From Peribolospora baueri (Eukaryota): a DNA stretch of 64,000 bases. The DNA is taken from contig JAMDHS010000045.1 in assembly GCA_029717555.1 (NCBI GenBank), forward strand, positions 1 to 64,000. Direction: 5' to 3'. A program made the translations under genes and the position numbers. Positions within the stretch are counted from its first letter, which is position 1. Each line of letters begins with the position of its first letter. The notes below the pieces were generated by a model. The model did not search any database. It saw only the letters and a list, made by a program, of their open reading frames with translations, and was not told the DNA's origin. This document shows, in pieces, positions 25,397 through 37,211 of this stretch.

Positions 25397-28300
25397 TTAG
25401 GCAGCCTTGGCGGCGGCATCGGTCTTTCTGGCATGGTCTTTTCGAGCCGTTGCAGAGCGCGCTCGAGCCAAGGCATCGGCAGCGTGAGGGCCGAAGTCCT
25501 GCTTAGGAGCCGTCGCTGACATCTCTTCGTACTTGAGCAGGTCGTAGAGGCCAGCGATTTGGTCCGCCTGACGAAACATTGGTGCGCATGTCAGCTAACT
25601 TTCTCTATTTTGCTAGAGAAACGACGGCATCGTCGGGATAACGTCTTCCACGTACCTTTTGCTCTAGCTCCTCGATGACCTCGATCAGGTGCTGAGCGAG
25701 GATTCGTCGCTTGGCCGCGTTCATAGCTGGGTCCATGCGCTTGTACTCGTCAGCGAGCTCGATGTAGAGCCTGTCAGGTCGACGCCGCAGGGGGGAAAGC
25801 AAAGCAGCGGTGAGGAAGGGAGAACTGAAACGAAAGCGTGCCAGGGCGAGCAGCGGGGTCCGACTCACATCCTCGAGTGTGCGAAATCGTCTTCAAGCTC
25901 CTGCAGAACCCTTGCCAGCGTCGTCTGGGGTGGGAGGCCCTCTTCAGCGACGCGAGGCACCTCCGCTAGCGGCGTACCCGTCGTACCACCCCGACGGGCG
26001 GCACCTTCCGCGTCAACCCGAGGCCCAGGGTCTTCCTTGGTACGACCATGTCGAGCGGGAGTGTCTCCGACGGAAACGTCGGCCGGCTTCCGCTTCTTGC
26101 GGTGGCAGACCGAGCAGGTCTGCTCGTCGTGGTCCTTGACCCTGACCTTTGCAAACACCTTGGCCATCCGTTCAGACTCTTGCGCCGAAGCCAGGCGGTC
26201 GTCCACCTCTTCCACCGTCGGTCGCCAGCCGCTGCCGTTAGTGGTTTGGCGAGAGCGAGCAGGACGCTGGGCTGCTTGGACGCCCTTGTCGACGCGCCGG
26301 GAGAAGCGTTCCTGTTCAAGCCGTGGCTCTCTGCGTTGCGCGGCGGGGACGTAGGCCGACGATGCTGGTCCGTTCGCCTCGCGTCGTTGCTCCATCTGCT
26401 CCACATAGTGATCAGCAAAAACACGTGCTCTCTCCTGCGCCTTCTCGCGCTCCTGTAAGCTCATCTCGACGGTCAGCTTGAGCTTGTCGATCTCAACGGC
26501 CAGCCTTGCGACCTCCGTTCGCAGCCGTACCACTTCCTTCACTCGAAACTGCTCCGCCTCCATTTCGCGGGCCTCGCGCACGTCCGCGCGTCGACGCACA
26601 TCCTCCTCGTCGACGTTGACGGCCGCACGTCGTCTTTCTCGTTCGACCTGGCGACGGCAAGCGTCTAGCTCTTCTTCGAGCTCGACAATCCTTGCGTTCG
26701 ACGCCACCGTTTCGCGCTCGAGAGATAAGAGTCGCATCTTCAGCTCGCTGAGAGCCGCGATCCCTCCTTGATGCACACCCTCGGCATTGATTTCAGCTGC
26801 CGCGCGCTGCCTCTCCCGTTCGACTTGATGACGACACGCGTCCAACTCCTCTTCAAGTTCGACGATCCGCTCGTTAGAGACCAGCGTCTCCCGCTCGAGA
26901 GCTCCGAGACGCATTTTCAGTTCGCTAAGTGCAGCGGGGTAATCTGCTCGTGGTAAGGAACGCCAGGGAATTTGCCGTCAGTCGCCGGACCACACCACGC
27001 TCATTTGGGCTCAGCTTGAGCCCTGGTCTCTTCTGGGAGAAATCTGATGGCCACTCACCCTCGTCATCCCGACGCCCCTTGTCCGCGAGGTGCACCCTCC
27101 AGTGGTGCACACCATCCCTCATCCTATCTGGGGAGTCGAGCGCCGAAGACACGCCCGTCACATCAGGCAATACAAGGCCCCCGTCGTTCTTCTGGTGATG
27201 CGTGCCGTCCGCTGCAGCTACTCGAACTGCTTTCGCAGATTTGGTGCGTTCGAAATTCAACCCTTTTCCCGTGCCCATAGTGTTCGATGCCGCCTTTCCA
27301 TTTCCACCGGCAAGGCGGTTAAGCAAGTCTGCGAGCGGCGCCCGTTTGAGTTTATCCCTGTCCTCGGCGGGAGAGTATCCGGCAAGGCGGGCGTCCGTCA
27401 CGTAGTCGTTCTCGTCGGCCACCTTGGTCCTTCCGGAGCTGGGGACCGAGACCGGCGTAGAGCCGGTCTCTGCGGAGCCGCCGGAGACGTTTCGTCGGAC
27501 TGATTCCAGCCGAGTTCGTTCGTCTCTGATCTGCGTGCGAAGGTCTGCGGCCATGGAGCCAAACCCGCTGCCGACCCATGATGAACTGTGGGCGAGATGG
27601 TGATGTTGATGAGCAGCATGGAGCTGGCGATGGTCGTCCACCATGGACGGGGGCCTAGCGGATCTCACACGGGCGCCACCCGACAGGGATGGCGCAGGGG
27701 AGGGCGACTCGGGAGACAGGACCGCGTTACTCGGCGCGCGGACGTGCGGCAGAGGACGTGAAGAGGCTTGTGAGCGGTGTCGGTCGCCACGAACACTGTG
27801 CCCGTCGGCGGCGTGTCGAGAAGGGATTTGCATGCCCTGTGCGCTATGAGGGCGCGGAGGAGACAGCATGGCAGTGCCGCGCCTATGCCCGTCACTGTCC
27901 ATACGAACGACACGGTCGCCGGCGGTACGGGCAAAGCGCGAACGCACCCAACCGCCGTCCTCCGTCAAGTACCCATCATCCTCCGCTCCGATATGACCGT
28001 CCGCGTCGTGAGAGTACCTACTATCCCTCCCCGTCCCTTTACGATCCCCACCTCGCGCGTCAGGCCTCACCACTTCGTCCGTTCCCACCGTCATGGCAGA
28101 GAGGTCGATAGCGTCAAGAGTGCGCGTCCCGATGCTAACGTGGGAGCGATTGGCGCGAGAAGGTCGGATTGGGGACGTGAGAATGTTTCTTCCTTCTTCC
28201 CTCCGTGTCGTCCTTCTGGCGCCACCACCGCCCAGAGGGGTATCGGCCAGAGCGCGATGGTTGCCAGTGGAAGAGGCGAGCGACCCGCCGTATCCAATAA

Positions 28301-28544
28301 AGTCCGAGTCAAGCTCAGACCCATCATCGCCTGCGGAGAGTCCGTAGCCATGGTGGTGTTCGTAGTCGGCACGCGGGGTCCGTCGCGCTGGAGATCTACG
28401 ACGACCATCTTTGGCGTAGGACGGTGTGCTGGATAGAGGCGCCGACGCTTTGCCGGCGGGGGTGGGCATCGAGGCGTACGTGACGTCGAATGAAAGGTCG
28501 AGGGGAGCCGCGGCGCCGCCAGCGTAAGCGTCGCCGAAAGGCAT
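25397..28544 (-). CDS. Cep57/translokin-like spindle-pole-body coiled-coil protein with C-terminal microtubule-binding domain
   Basis: Disordered N-terminal half, LVLPDVTGVSS motif and coiled coils. Cep57_MT_bd-like PPQTTLARVLQELEDDFAH...YIELADEYKRMDP...KRRILAQHL...LEQKADQIAGLYDLL. Start ATG uncertain. Confidence 0.85.
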
Positions 28545-28803
28545 GGCGGTTGGAGTCGGTATGTACAGACGGTTGGCCGGTCCGAGACTTGCAGCAGAGC
28601 GTTGACGGGTGATGAAGGTCTCACGCGCCCCGTCGCGGTGTCGATTCACGGTCACGTGATACATTGCCCCATCGGCGGTGTGCTGCGGCCCCGATCACGG
28701 CCGGGGGGATATCGCCACGTCGAACTGGCGAGAGGCAGGATGATGTCGACGACCAACGCCATTCCCTCCCATCGCCATCACATAGATTCATTTTCTTCAA
28801 CCC

Positions 28804-31661
28804 ATGTCCAATCCAGATTCCAGCATTAACCCCTCCTCTCCCTCTCTCGCTCCTTCCGATCACCTTGATAACGCCGCCTCGCTCCTTGCTCCAGCTAACG
28901 TCGCACCAACCGCCCCCGACGATGCTTCGGTTGCACAGCCCGTCGCTGGCCCAGACTCGCTCCTACTTTCAGTAAAATGCCCCTCCCTTCCTCATGATCC
29001 CAGTCCGTTGGCCGTCGGACGTTCGTGGTCCGTCAAGGAGGTCAAAGAGCTCATAGAGCGATCGTGGGTTGGCAGGCCCAAAGCGGAGGGCATGCGGATC
29101 ATCAGGTCAGGCAGGATTCTAGGCGACGACGAGAAGGTCGATAGGGTTTTCGACAAGGTGAGGTTCTGCGAAGCTTACCGGTCTTCTCTATCGATTATGA
29201 ATGGGATCCGTCGGTGAAAGTTCACCACTTCTTCCCCTCTCCCCCTTTTCTTTATCAGAGCGACGACACCCCCACAATCCACCTTGTCATCCGCCCCGAC
29301 GCATGGACCCAGCCGCGTCCCACATCTGCCGCCCCTTCGACAAATGACAAAGCCCCCTCCGACCCTAGTCCTTCGCTTTCGCGATCTGAGTTTTCCACCT
29401 ACTTTCAATCGCCGGCAAGTCCGGGCTGGCCTGCATATACACATGAGGCCTCCATAAGCGGAAGCTCGGCGCCCGCTGGAGGCGGTATCTCCGCATTAGC
29501 TCTTGGAGACCGTGGATTGGAGGGCGGCTCATTCGGTGGTTTCCACTCATGGCATCCAGCACTTGAGGCCACCCAACCTCCTTCCCATCTGCTCGCCGCC
29601 TTCTCCATGAGGTTGGCGTCCACGCCTCCGACGGATTTCGATGACTTGCATACCCTTCTCGAGTCTGCGTATGCTTTCTATTGGCAGCGCTATGATCGCG
29701 CTTGGCGAGCTGAATATGGCTCATCGCGCGCTCCGGGGCCGGTTGATCGTTCTGCTGGTTCGGTTGGCACGGACGCGGCGTCGGGGTCTGATGACGACAG
29801 ACTGAGCGAAGGCGAGGTGAAGAAGCTCATGACTTCGCTGCGCGTACCTCATGGCCTGGACGATAATGCCGAGGGCGAGTCTCCCGCGGGATCGTTCACA
29901 TATCAACAAACGATGATCAAGTAGGTATTTGGCACCCGTTCTGTTGATTCTGCAAGCAGTTCTATTCTACGCAGGTAAACTGATTTGGCCACTTTTGTTT
30001 CTTTGCCCAGCGGCTTGCCGTACGTCGTTCCCGTACCAGCTCCCACGTCGTCGCAGCGTCGCCTGCACAACATGTTCCAGCAACTCGTTCTCACGCGGCA
30101 CATGGCCGCCATGACCCGCGGCGCGGCGCTGCGCCTGCAAATAGGATCGGCGAATCGTATAATGGGGACACCTTTTCTCCCAAACGGAGGTATTGCCGGT
30201 GGGCCGGGTCGTGATCCACTGCAGGCATTCGCAGACGCTGCCGCTCAAGCTGGCGGTGACCCTGGGGGTGCGAACGGCGGACTAGGCGAGCGGAACGACA
30301 ACCAACTAGGTGGCGGTGCCAGAGGGGCTGCAGATGGTGGCGCGCTATACTTGATAATCGACCTCACGTCGCTCCTTTCCATCGCGCTGCCCCTGCTGTT
30401 CCTCTCCTTCAAGCTCGGCATTCTCGTGTACGTCTTCGCTCGCCAAGCATCGCCTCTCAAGCGTGCCGTCATGATCACTGCCAGCGTCTTCTATGTCGTT
30501 TGGGAGGGCTACTCGCTCTTGCAGCGTCGTAGACGCATGCGTGGTGCCCAAGAGCGCGTCAGGCGCGCTGTCGCCGAGGGAGTAGCTGGCGCAAGGGCTC
30601 GGAGGCAAGGGGATGTTGGGACTCCCGGCGCGGCTGGTGCTGGTGGGGGAGGCACTGAGGGCCGCCAGCAACGAACGCAGTCTGGTGCTGCGACTAACGC
30701 TCATTTGACGAACTACTTCTCCTTCGATTACTGGCTCGACGTTGTGTCCTACATCGGGCTAGAAGAGGAAGCCGCAGAACTCGGTCTCCCTGGTCCGCGA
30801 GCAACATCTACGACGATGCGCAATGGTCGTCCCGTGCCCGACAACGGTGCACAGTCTCCACCTCCATCTCCAGCGCAAAATCCAGCAGGGGAGCAGGAGC
30901 AGCGCCGAAATGACGTGGGAGGACGTCGGTCAGGAGCGTGTCGCGCGCTACAAGACCACCTGTTCATCCCACTCATCCTGTTCGTGGCGACACTGTTTCC
31001 AGAGGTGGAGCAACGGAGGCGAAGGGCATTGAAGGATCGAGAGCGCAAGTTGAGGGAGCGAGCGCGGAAGGAGCAGAGGGAAGTGGAGGAGAGGGAGAGG
31101 AAGGAGAAAGAGAGAGAGGAGCAAGAAAGGCGAGAGAGGGAGACTCCTACCGAACCTGCGTCGCGCGCGGAGACGGAGGAGGTTAACTTTGGCGCTGGAC
31201 CGAGTGGCGCACAGACTCAGGCGGTGTCCGGCACTGCTGCCACCGAGGAACGCACCGATGAACGCGCGACGAACGTCCAGGGCGGCTCGACTTCCGCGCT
31301 CGGGTCTTCTTCCGACTCTCAGCTCCGTCAGCGTCACTTGAGTCGCCTCGTGGACGACGCCCCCTCCGTCAACACTGTTCAAGTATCGCCCGACGGTGAC
31401 GCTCAGCCGGCGTCGACGTCGAGTGCCAACGTCGCACGGGCAGAGCCTACGTCTGCAAGCGGTCCACCGGCCACGGGAGGCTCGACGAACGGCGAGCGGG
31501 ACGGTGGCGATGGCGACTTGGGCTCGGACACTGACGTGGAAGAGGAAGGGGGTTTGGATCATGTGGATGGGGAGGGACGAGCAGAGGTGGTCGAAGAGGA
31601 TGGAGATGAGGACTTGTTCGGGTTGGGCGAGGCGGATGAGGGGATTGATTTCATCTTCTGA
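28804..31661 (+). CDS. Ubiquitin-like-domain membrane protein (HERP/Usa1-like architecture)
   Basis: N-terminal UBL (SWSVKEVKELIERSW...GMRIIRSGRILGDDE...TIHLVIRP), hydrophobic segments (LLFLSFKLGILVYVF; LFIPLILFVATLFP), a charged coiled coil and an acidic tail. Two canonical introns. Confidence 0.75.
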
Positions 31662-32437
31662 TAGGCTTCAAGGATCCACCCATCTATCCGTCCTTGGACA
31701 CGCTCACACTCCATCCACCGCTGTCTTTCGTTTTTCGTTCCCGCACCGGTGCACGTTTTCCGCTCGTTCGACAGACAGACACATACAAATGCAGACGCTA
31801 CGCTCTACATCGACGCTCCTTTTTCATTGTTCATTGACCGAGCGAGGGGAGACGAACAACGGGTATCCTTTCTTTCTAGTTTTCTTGTCTTTTTGCTCCG
31901 CTCCTATTCCCCGTCTCTGTACGCTATCTATTCTATCGGTTGAAAGAGGAGGGTTGTCCGCGTCCTTTGTCGGTGTGCAAAAGTCGAAAAGCAAGATGGG
32001 TTTGGGATCGGTTCAAGCCGTCGACGCGATGACGAGCGAGACGAGCGAGACGAGACGAGATGAGATGAGACCAGCAAGACCAGACCAGACTAGACGAGCA
32101 TCTCCCATTCGTCCGCCCACCTGTTCAAGGATGGAAAGATAGGATCAAAGAACCCGTATCGAGATATTCCATTCATCAGAGGAAGGGGGGAGGTACTTGT
32201 TGAGAGGGAGGGAGCTACTACAAGTACAACATAAGCGAGGAAGAGAAGAGGCTAGCGGCATGGTCGGGTGACGAGCGGCGAGCGGGCAAGTAAGCAAGCA
32301 AGCAAAGCAGGTGAAGCAAGCGAAGGAGGTGAACAGACGAACAGACGAAGAAGCGAGGGAAGCGAATGGACAAGGAAGATGGAGAAAGGGAGTCGAATCA
32401 TGGGGATGTACGTGGGCCGAGTCATCGACCGTCCCGT

Positions 32438-32647
32438 TCACCAGGAGCAGCACGATGGGCCCCAGTCCTCCTTGGGGGCCGCTGGTGAAGGAAGTAAAGA
32501 GAAGCAAGACAGGTCAGCGGGCGCAGGACGGCGAGAGCGGAGGGACAGGCGCTCACCATCGTCGGCGGCCGCGGGTGCGGGCGCCGCGGAGACAGCGACG
32601 GCGGCGGCGAGGACGGCGAAGAGGGCGGTGAAGGTAGAGAGCTTCAT
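32438..32647 (-). CDS. 44-aa small secreted peptide precursor MKLSTFTALFAVLAAAVAVSAAPAPAAADDAAPKEDWGPSCCSW
   Basis: Exon 32647-32557, intron 32556-32482 (gtgagc...ctgac...ccag), exon 32481-32438; total 135 nt. Classical signal peptide and C-ending codon bias. Also a 5'-UTR intron-like segment and a TATA-like element upstream. Confidence 0.8.
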   Translation of the reverse strand: MKLSTFTALFAVLAAAVAVSAAPAPAAADDGERLSLRSRRPAPADLSCFSLLPSPAAPKEDWGPSCCSW

Positions 32648-32948
32648 GAAGGAGTCTGCAGAGGGGAGGGAGGGAGAGGGTACGATGTGAGCGAGACGAG
32701 AGATAAGGGGACAATGAGGTGCGTCGTGGGCGAAGGAAGGCAGGAGGGTGAAAGCCCAAGGCGAGGGACGAACAAACAGACGCGGACACGGACCGACAAG
32801 ACGAGACACTCACTTCACGCTCACAAAGTGCGGGGGAGGGGGCTGGATAAGAAGGTGGCGAATGAAGGATATGGGATCGATCGGGCGTGGAGAAGGAAGG
32901 GGAAGTGGGAAGGGAGCGTGGAGGGAGGAACGGACGGGAGGGAGGAGA

Positions 32949-32954
32949 CTTATA
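32949..32954 (-). promoter_or_regulatory. TATA-like element upstream of the small peptide gene
   Basis: Minus strand reads cctataagtctcc, followed by a CT-rich tract, about 300 nt upstream of the ATG. Confidence 0.4.
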
Positions 32955-34080
32955 GGCGGTAGGCGGTTGACTAGGCGGGACTAGTGAGACGGACGGACGG
33001 CTGTACCTCTCTTTCTTTCGCTATCTTTCCCCGGCTCGGGTGTGCAGGGTGTGCGAGATGAGGAGAGAGACGAGACGAGACGAGACGGTCGTACATCGTC
33101 CTCGCTATCTATCGCCGCTGCACCAGCGCCGGGTCCGGGTCCGGGTCGGCGGCGAGCTGTATGTGACGCAGGCGCATCTGTGCAAAGAGAAAGAGCGTAT
33201 TGCACAACCGAGGCGTCGTCGCCAGCAGGACTGGACAGGACTGGACTCAGCTCGCCGCCCGCCGTCGGCCCGGCGGGTGGTGCGGCGCGGGCCCCACACG
33301 CACGCACGGCACGCCAGATCGCCATGGCCATCTCAAGATCGACGACGACGACGGCGGCGGTGGTGTTGGGTCCTGGTCCGCGAGTGGCGGCAGGCATGAA
33401 TGAGGTCATCCGTGGATCAGCAGACAGACACGGACGGACGGAGGAGGGCACACCGGTCAGGCGACGACGACCGCCGGCCTGACTGACTTGAGCCTGACCG
33501 CCTGACCGCCTGACTGACGTGACCGTGACACACCTTGTGACGCTCCGCCTTTCACTTTGTCCGTCTTGTGTCAGACACGCCACGCCCGGTCGAACAGGCT
33601 GGATGGGAGAAAAGCAAGCGCGCAGGTGAGACTCCACTGCATCCGACAGCCAGCCAGCCCCACAGGAGCAGCTCGGCCACGGCAGTCCCTTCACCCCTCC
33701 GTCAGCCCGTCGTCATTTCATCCCGTCTGACCGTTCCTCCGCCACAGCGGGTCGTCTGTGTGTCAGTCTGTCCGTCCGAGCGGCCGCCGAGCGATCGGAC
33801 GGACGTGATCTGATCTGGTTTTGGTCGTCCAGGGACCAGTTGCCGTCGGCGGACGGGCGGCACAGCAAGGAACGGCATTTGACGGGCCGGCTGTTGGGTT
33901 GGTGTGGCTACTGCGATGCGCGCCGTGGGGAGGGTGGGTGAGAAAAGCGGCGAGAAGGAGGGCGAAGGGAGCCGGGCGCCGACGCCGCGCTCCACTTGCC
34001 TTGCCTCGCTCGCTGCCTCCTCGGCGACGAAGGCACGCGGAGGAACCGATCGGCCCACTCACTCTCACACTCACACTATA

Positions 34081-34131
34081 CTGTAACTGTAACTGTAACT
34101 GTAGCTGTAGCTGTAACTGTAACAGTAACTG
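34081..34131. repeat. (CTGTAA/CTGTAG)n hexamer microsatellite within an SSR-rich intergenic region
   Basis: About 8 hexamer units. Nearby (GTATT)n at ~34276, (GAGAT)n at ~34383, (TACA)n at ~34568 and (GAGAC)n at ~33067. Confidence 0.9.
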
Positions 34132-35132
34132 GGGGCGTCGGCGTCGGCCAACGCAAGCCAAGCCAAGCCGAGCCAGGGTAAGCCGGTCCTTATCTCCTTC
34201 TTACCCGCCTGTTGCCTCCGCCCTCCCTTCTCGTTCTCACCCCTCCGTATGTAACTTGCAGCGACCGTGCGTATCGTATTGTATTGTATTGTACACACTC
34301 GACCGGAACTGCAGGACTAGACCGGACCGACAAGACTATTTGGCTAGACGGACGGAGGAACGGAGGGACGGCCGTTGGAGACGAGATGAGATGAGATGAG
34401 AAGCACACATATGCCGGATCCAGTCCACCCCCTCCCTCCCTCCCCCCGACCGTCCGTCCGACCGCCCGTTCGGCAGACGAGGCACGCTTTCGTCGACTCG
34501 GCTCGACTCAACTCGGTCAGAACACCTCGCCCGAGATGGGAAGAAATACGCGCTGCGCTGTCCAAGGTACATACATACATACGCACATACACACGTACAA
34601 CATACATTTCGGGGGGAACAGTGAAACGTACATGTGCCCCACTCTTCTACGCCCTGCTTAACACGCCCCGCGTCCGTCCCGTCACACACCCCCACCACAA
34701 GTCAAGCCAAGCCAAGCGGACGGACGGACGTACGGACGGACAGACGGGACCCATCTCAGACAAAAAAACCTTGTTCTCGAACAGACGCAGGTTTGGACGG
34801 AATGACGGATCGAATCCATCACTCGACTCGTTGCTCCCTCGTTCATCATCGCCGTCGCCCGTCGACGTCGACGTCGCCTACCTCCCAATCGGGACAGAGC
34901 AGCAGAGCCGCGGAAAAGAAGCAGGATAGGCCTGGGATGAGCGCGAGGCAAGGCTAAGGGGTCGTAAGGTGAAGAGGGAACGCGTGGCGAAAAGGAGGGG
35001 GAGGAAGCGTGAGGAAAAAAAAAGAGGGGCCAAGGCGTCTTTCTCGCCAACGACACGGCAGAAAGAAAAAGGTAACACAGCAAGGAACGGATAGGTAGAT
35101 GGGATATTTTGTATGCTTCGTTTCCAATCTCT

Positions 35133-36908
35133 TCACCCCGACTTGTTCTTCTTCTTGGGCGGCTCGTCCTGCGCGGAAGAGTTTGTCAAATCAGCAGACT
35201 GCCTACCGTCACGTCCACCTCCGGAGGTGCTCACTTCGAGATCAATCTCCTGGTCATCGTCCTCGCTGGAGATCACGAGAAAAAACAAGGTTATGACGCG
35301 TCAACACGTCGTTCGCCGCCGTCAGCCACAGCGACTACTGGCTGTCCCACTCACTCATCCTCCTCGTCCTCGTCATCCTCGTCATCCTCGAAATCGCTCT
35401 CGAAGTCGCCTAAGACCAACACGAGGATGGAGATGGTCAGTCCCAAGCATCACAATCTCTCTGTCGGAAAAATGAGCGAGCGAAAATCGAGGCCGAGGCC
35501 GGAGACGGGGGAGGACCGTACATTTGCTGCCCACATCTCTCCGCCCTCTGCTAGGCGACCCCTTCCTCCTCCTCCCCGTCTTCTTCATAGTCATCGAAAT
35601 CAAGCCCGACGAGCGAGTCCTCAGCCTCACCTGTGTAATAGCTGATGGCGTTCGGCCAAATGTCGTCGACGATGATCCCGCCGATGCCGTTCTGCGCCAG
35701 CCAACAACGTCCGGTATTCAATGAATCGCAACATCAGCCAACCGTTCCCGTCCGACTGTCGCCGACGGCCCTGTCCAACGCCCCACTCACCGCCGTCTTC
35801 GTCTCGCTCTCGAAGAAGCTCGCGAAAAAGCTGCCAGGCTCGTACTCTTCGTCCTCGGGCACGTCGCCGTGCGGAGGGTGCACCTTGGCGAGGTTCTTCT
35901 CGTCCGACTTCCAGTCGATCTTCGTCTTCTACTCCCGGTTGGCAAGGTGTGCAACGTCATCGTCAGGGACGGGATTGCTCCGCATACGCGAGTCTCCAAG
36001 AACGCGTCGTGACACCACCCCTTTGAGCAAAAGCTCTGTCCGTACCCGTCCATCCAAAGGCGATCGTGGCACGATGGCGCTGCGAGGAACGAACCGACCG
36101 ACTCACAATGGGCTTGGTGTGCTCGTAGAAGTCAAACTTGATCATCTCTTCGTCCGACACTCCCTCGGCCGAGCTGCTAGCCTCTCCCTTCTCCAGCACA
36201 AATTCCTTGGTAAGAGTCGTGTTGCTGAAATACGGGTTCTCCTTGAACGTCTGTTGGACGAAGGACGCGTCGACGACAAACACGCGTTCGCTATCCGGTC
36301 AGCATAAGGCGGCTCGGCTCGACCGGTCCTTCTTCACGTGTAAAGCAGTAGAGATGCTACGTACAAACTCGATCTTGACCTCGCGGGGGTCCTTGGGCAC
36401 GCGGTGGACGTAGACATTGGTCAAGTACTGGAGCGCGTCGTTGTCATCTTGGTCAAGGAAAATGCTGAAGGACATGTGGTTGTTGAGCTGTTCGCCGATC
36501 ATGCCAGGCCCGAATGGTAATTTCGTTCAGCTGACGTGCGCAGGGACTTGGACGTAGAAACATAGACGCTCCCACGAGCAGGGATCACCGCGACTCACAG
36601 CCGTCCGCCAGAAGTCGGGCACGGTGGAGAGCATCTCGGACCGCTTCTTGTAGACAGGCTCCCGGAGCTCAAGCGTCTTCTTCACTGCAAGAAATCCGAG
36701 GGGGATTTACACGTAGTGCAGATGTCAGTGAACCCGCCAATCACTAGAATACACGCTTCCTTCGTCCCGAAGGACCCGACTCGGAGAAATGGACGCGTGA
36801 TTACTCACGGACCTGCGCCTCGACCATGTCAAAGTCCTTAGAGAGGTCTTGGAACTTGCCCTTGAGCTCTTCGGACAGCTCGACATTGCTGTTGTCTTTC
36901 GCAGCCAT
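35133..36908 (-). CDS. Nucleosome assembly protein family histone chaperone (SET/Vps75-like)
   Basis: PVYKKRSEMLSTVPDFWRTA; DDNDALQYL; TFKENPYFSNTTLTKEF; KIDWKSDEKNL; acidic tail ending DEPPKKKNKSG* (NLS-like). Confidence 0.9.
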
Positions 36909-37211
36909 TGTGACAGAGGAGGAGCGGTGTAGGGGATGGAAAGGGCAGAGACGTGGAGGGGAGAGGTGGAGACGCGACGGGAGGTGGGTGGGAAGAATGC
37001 CAAAGGAAGAAAGAGACGACGGACCTTTTTCTTGACTGCGGCCGGCAGACACGTGCGGAGATTCCCGCCTATCTCCGCTGTCTCCCTCACGCTTCGACTC
37101 GATCAAGCGTCGGCCAACCGAGCGTTGTGCTGCTTGCTACGTTTCGCTCGCCCGACGACCGTGGCTTTCTACTATCCGCCACCGAGGACGGCAGGCAGCA
37201 ACTCTGCGGTC

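Noticed and set aside
32438..32452. C-terminal CCSW as a CAAX prenylation signal (lipopeptide pheromone)
   Set aside because: Trp is not a usual X residue, and lipopeptide pheromone precursors lack signal peptides, whereas this one has a clear one.
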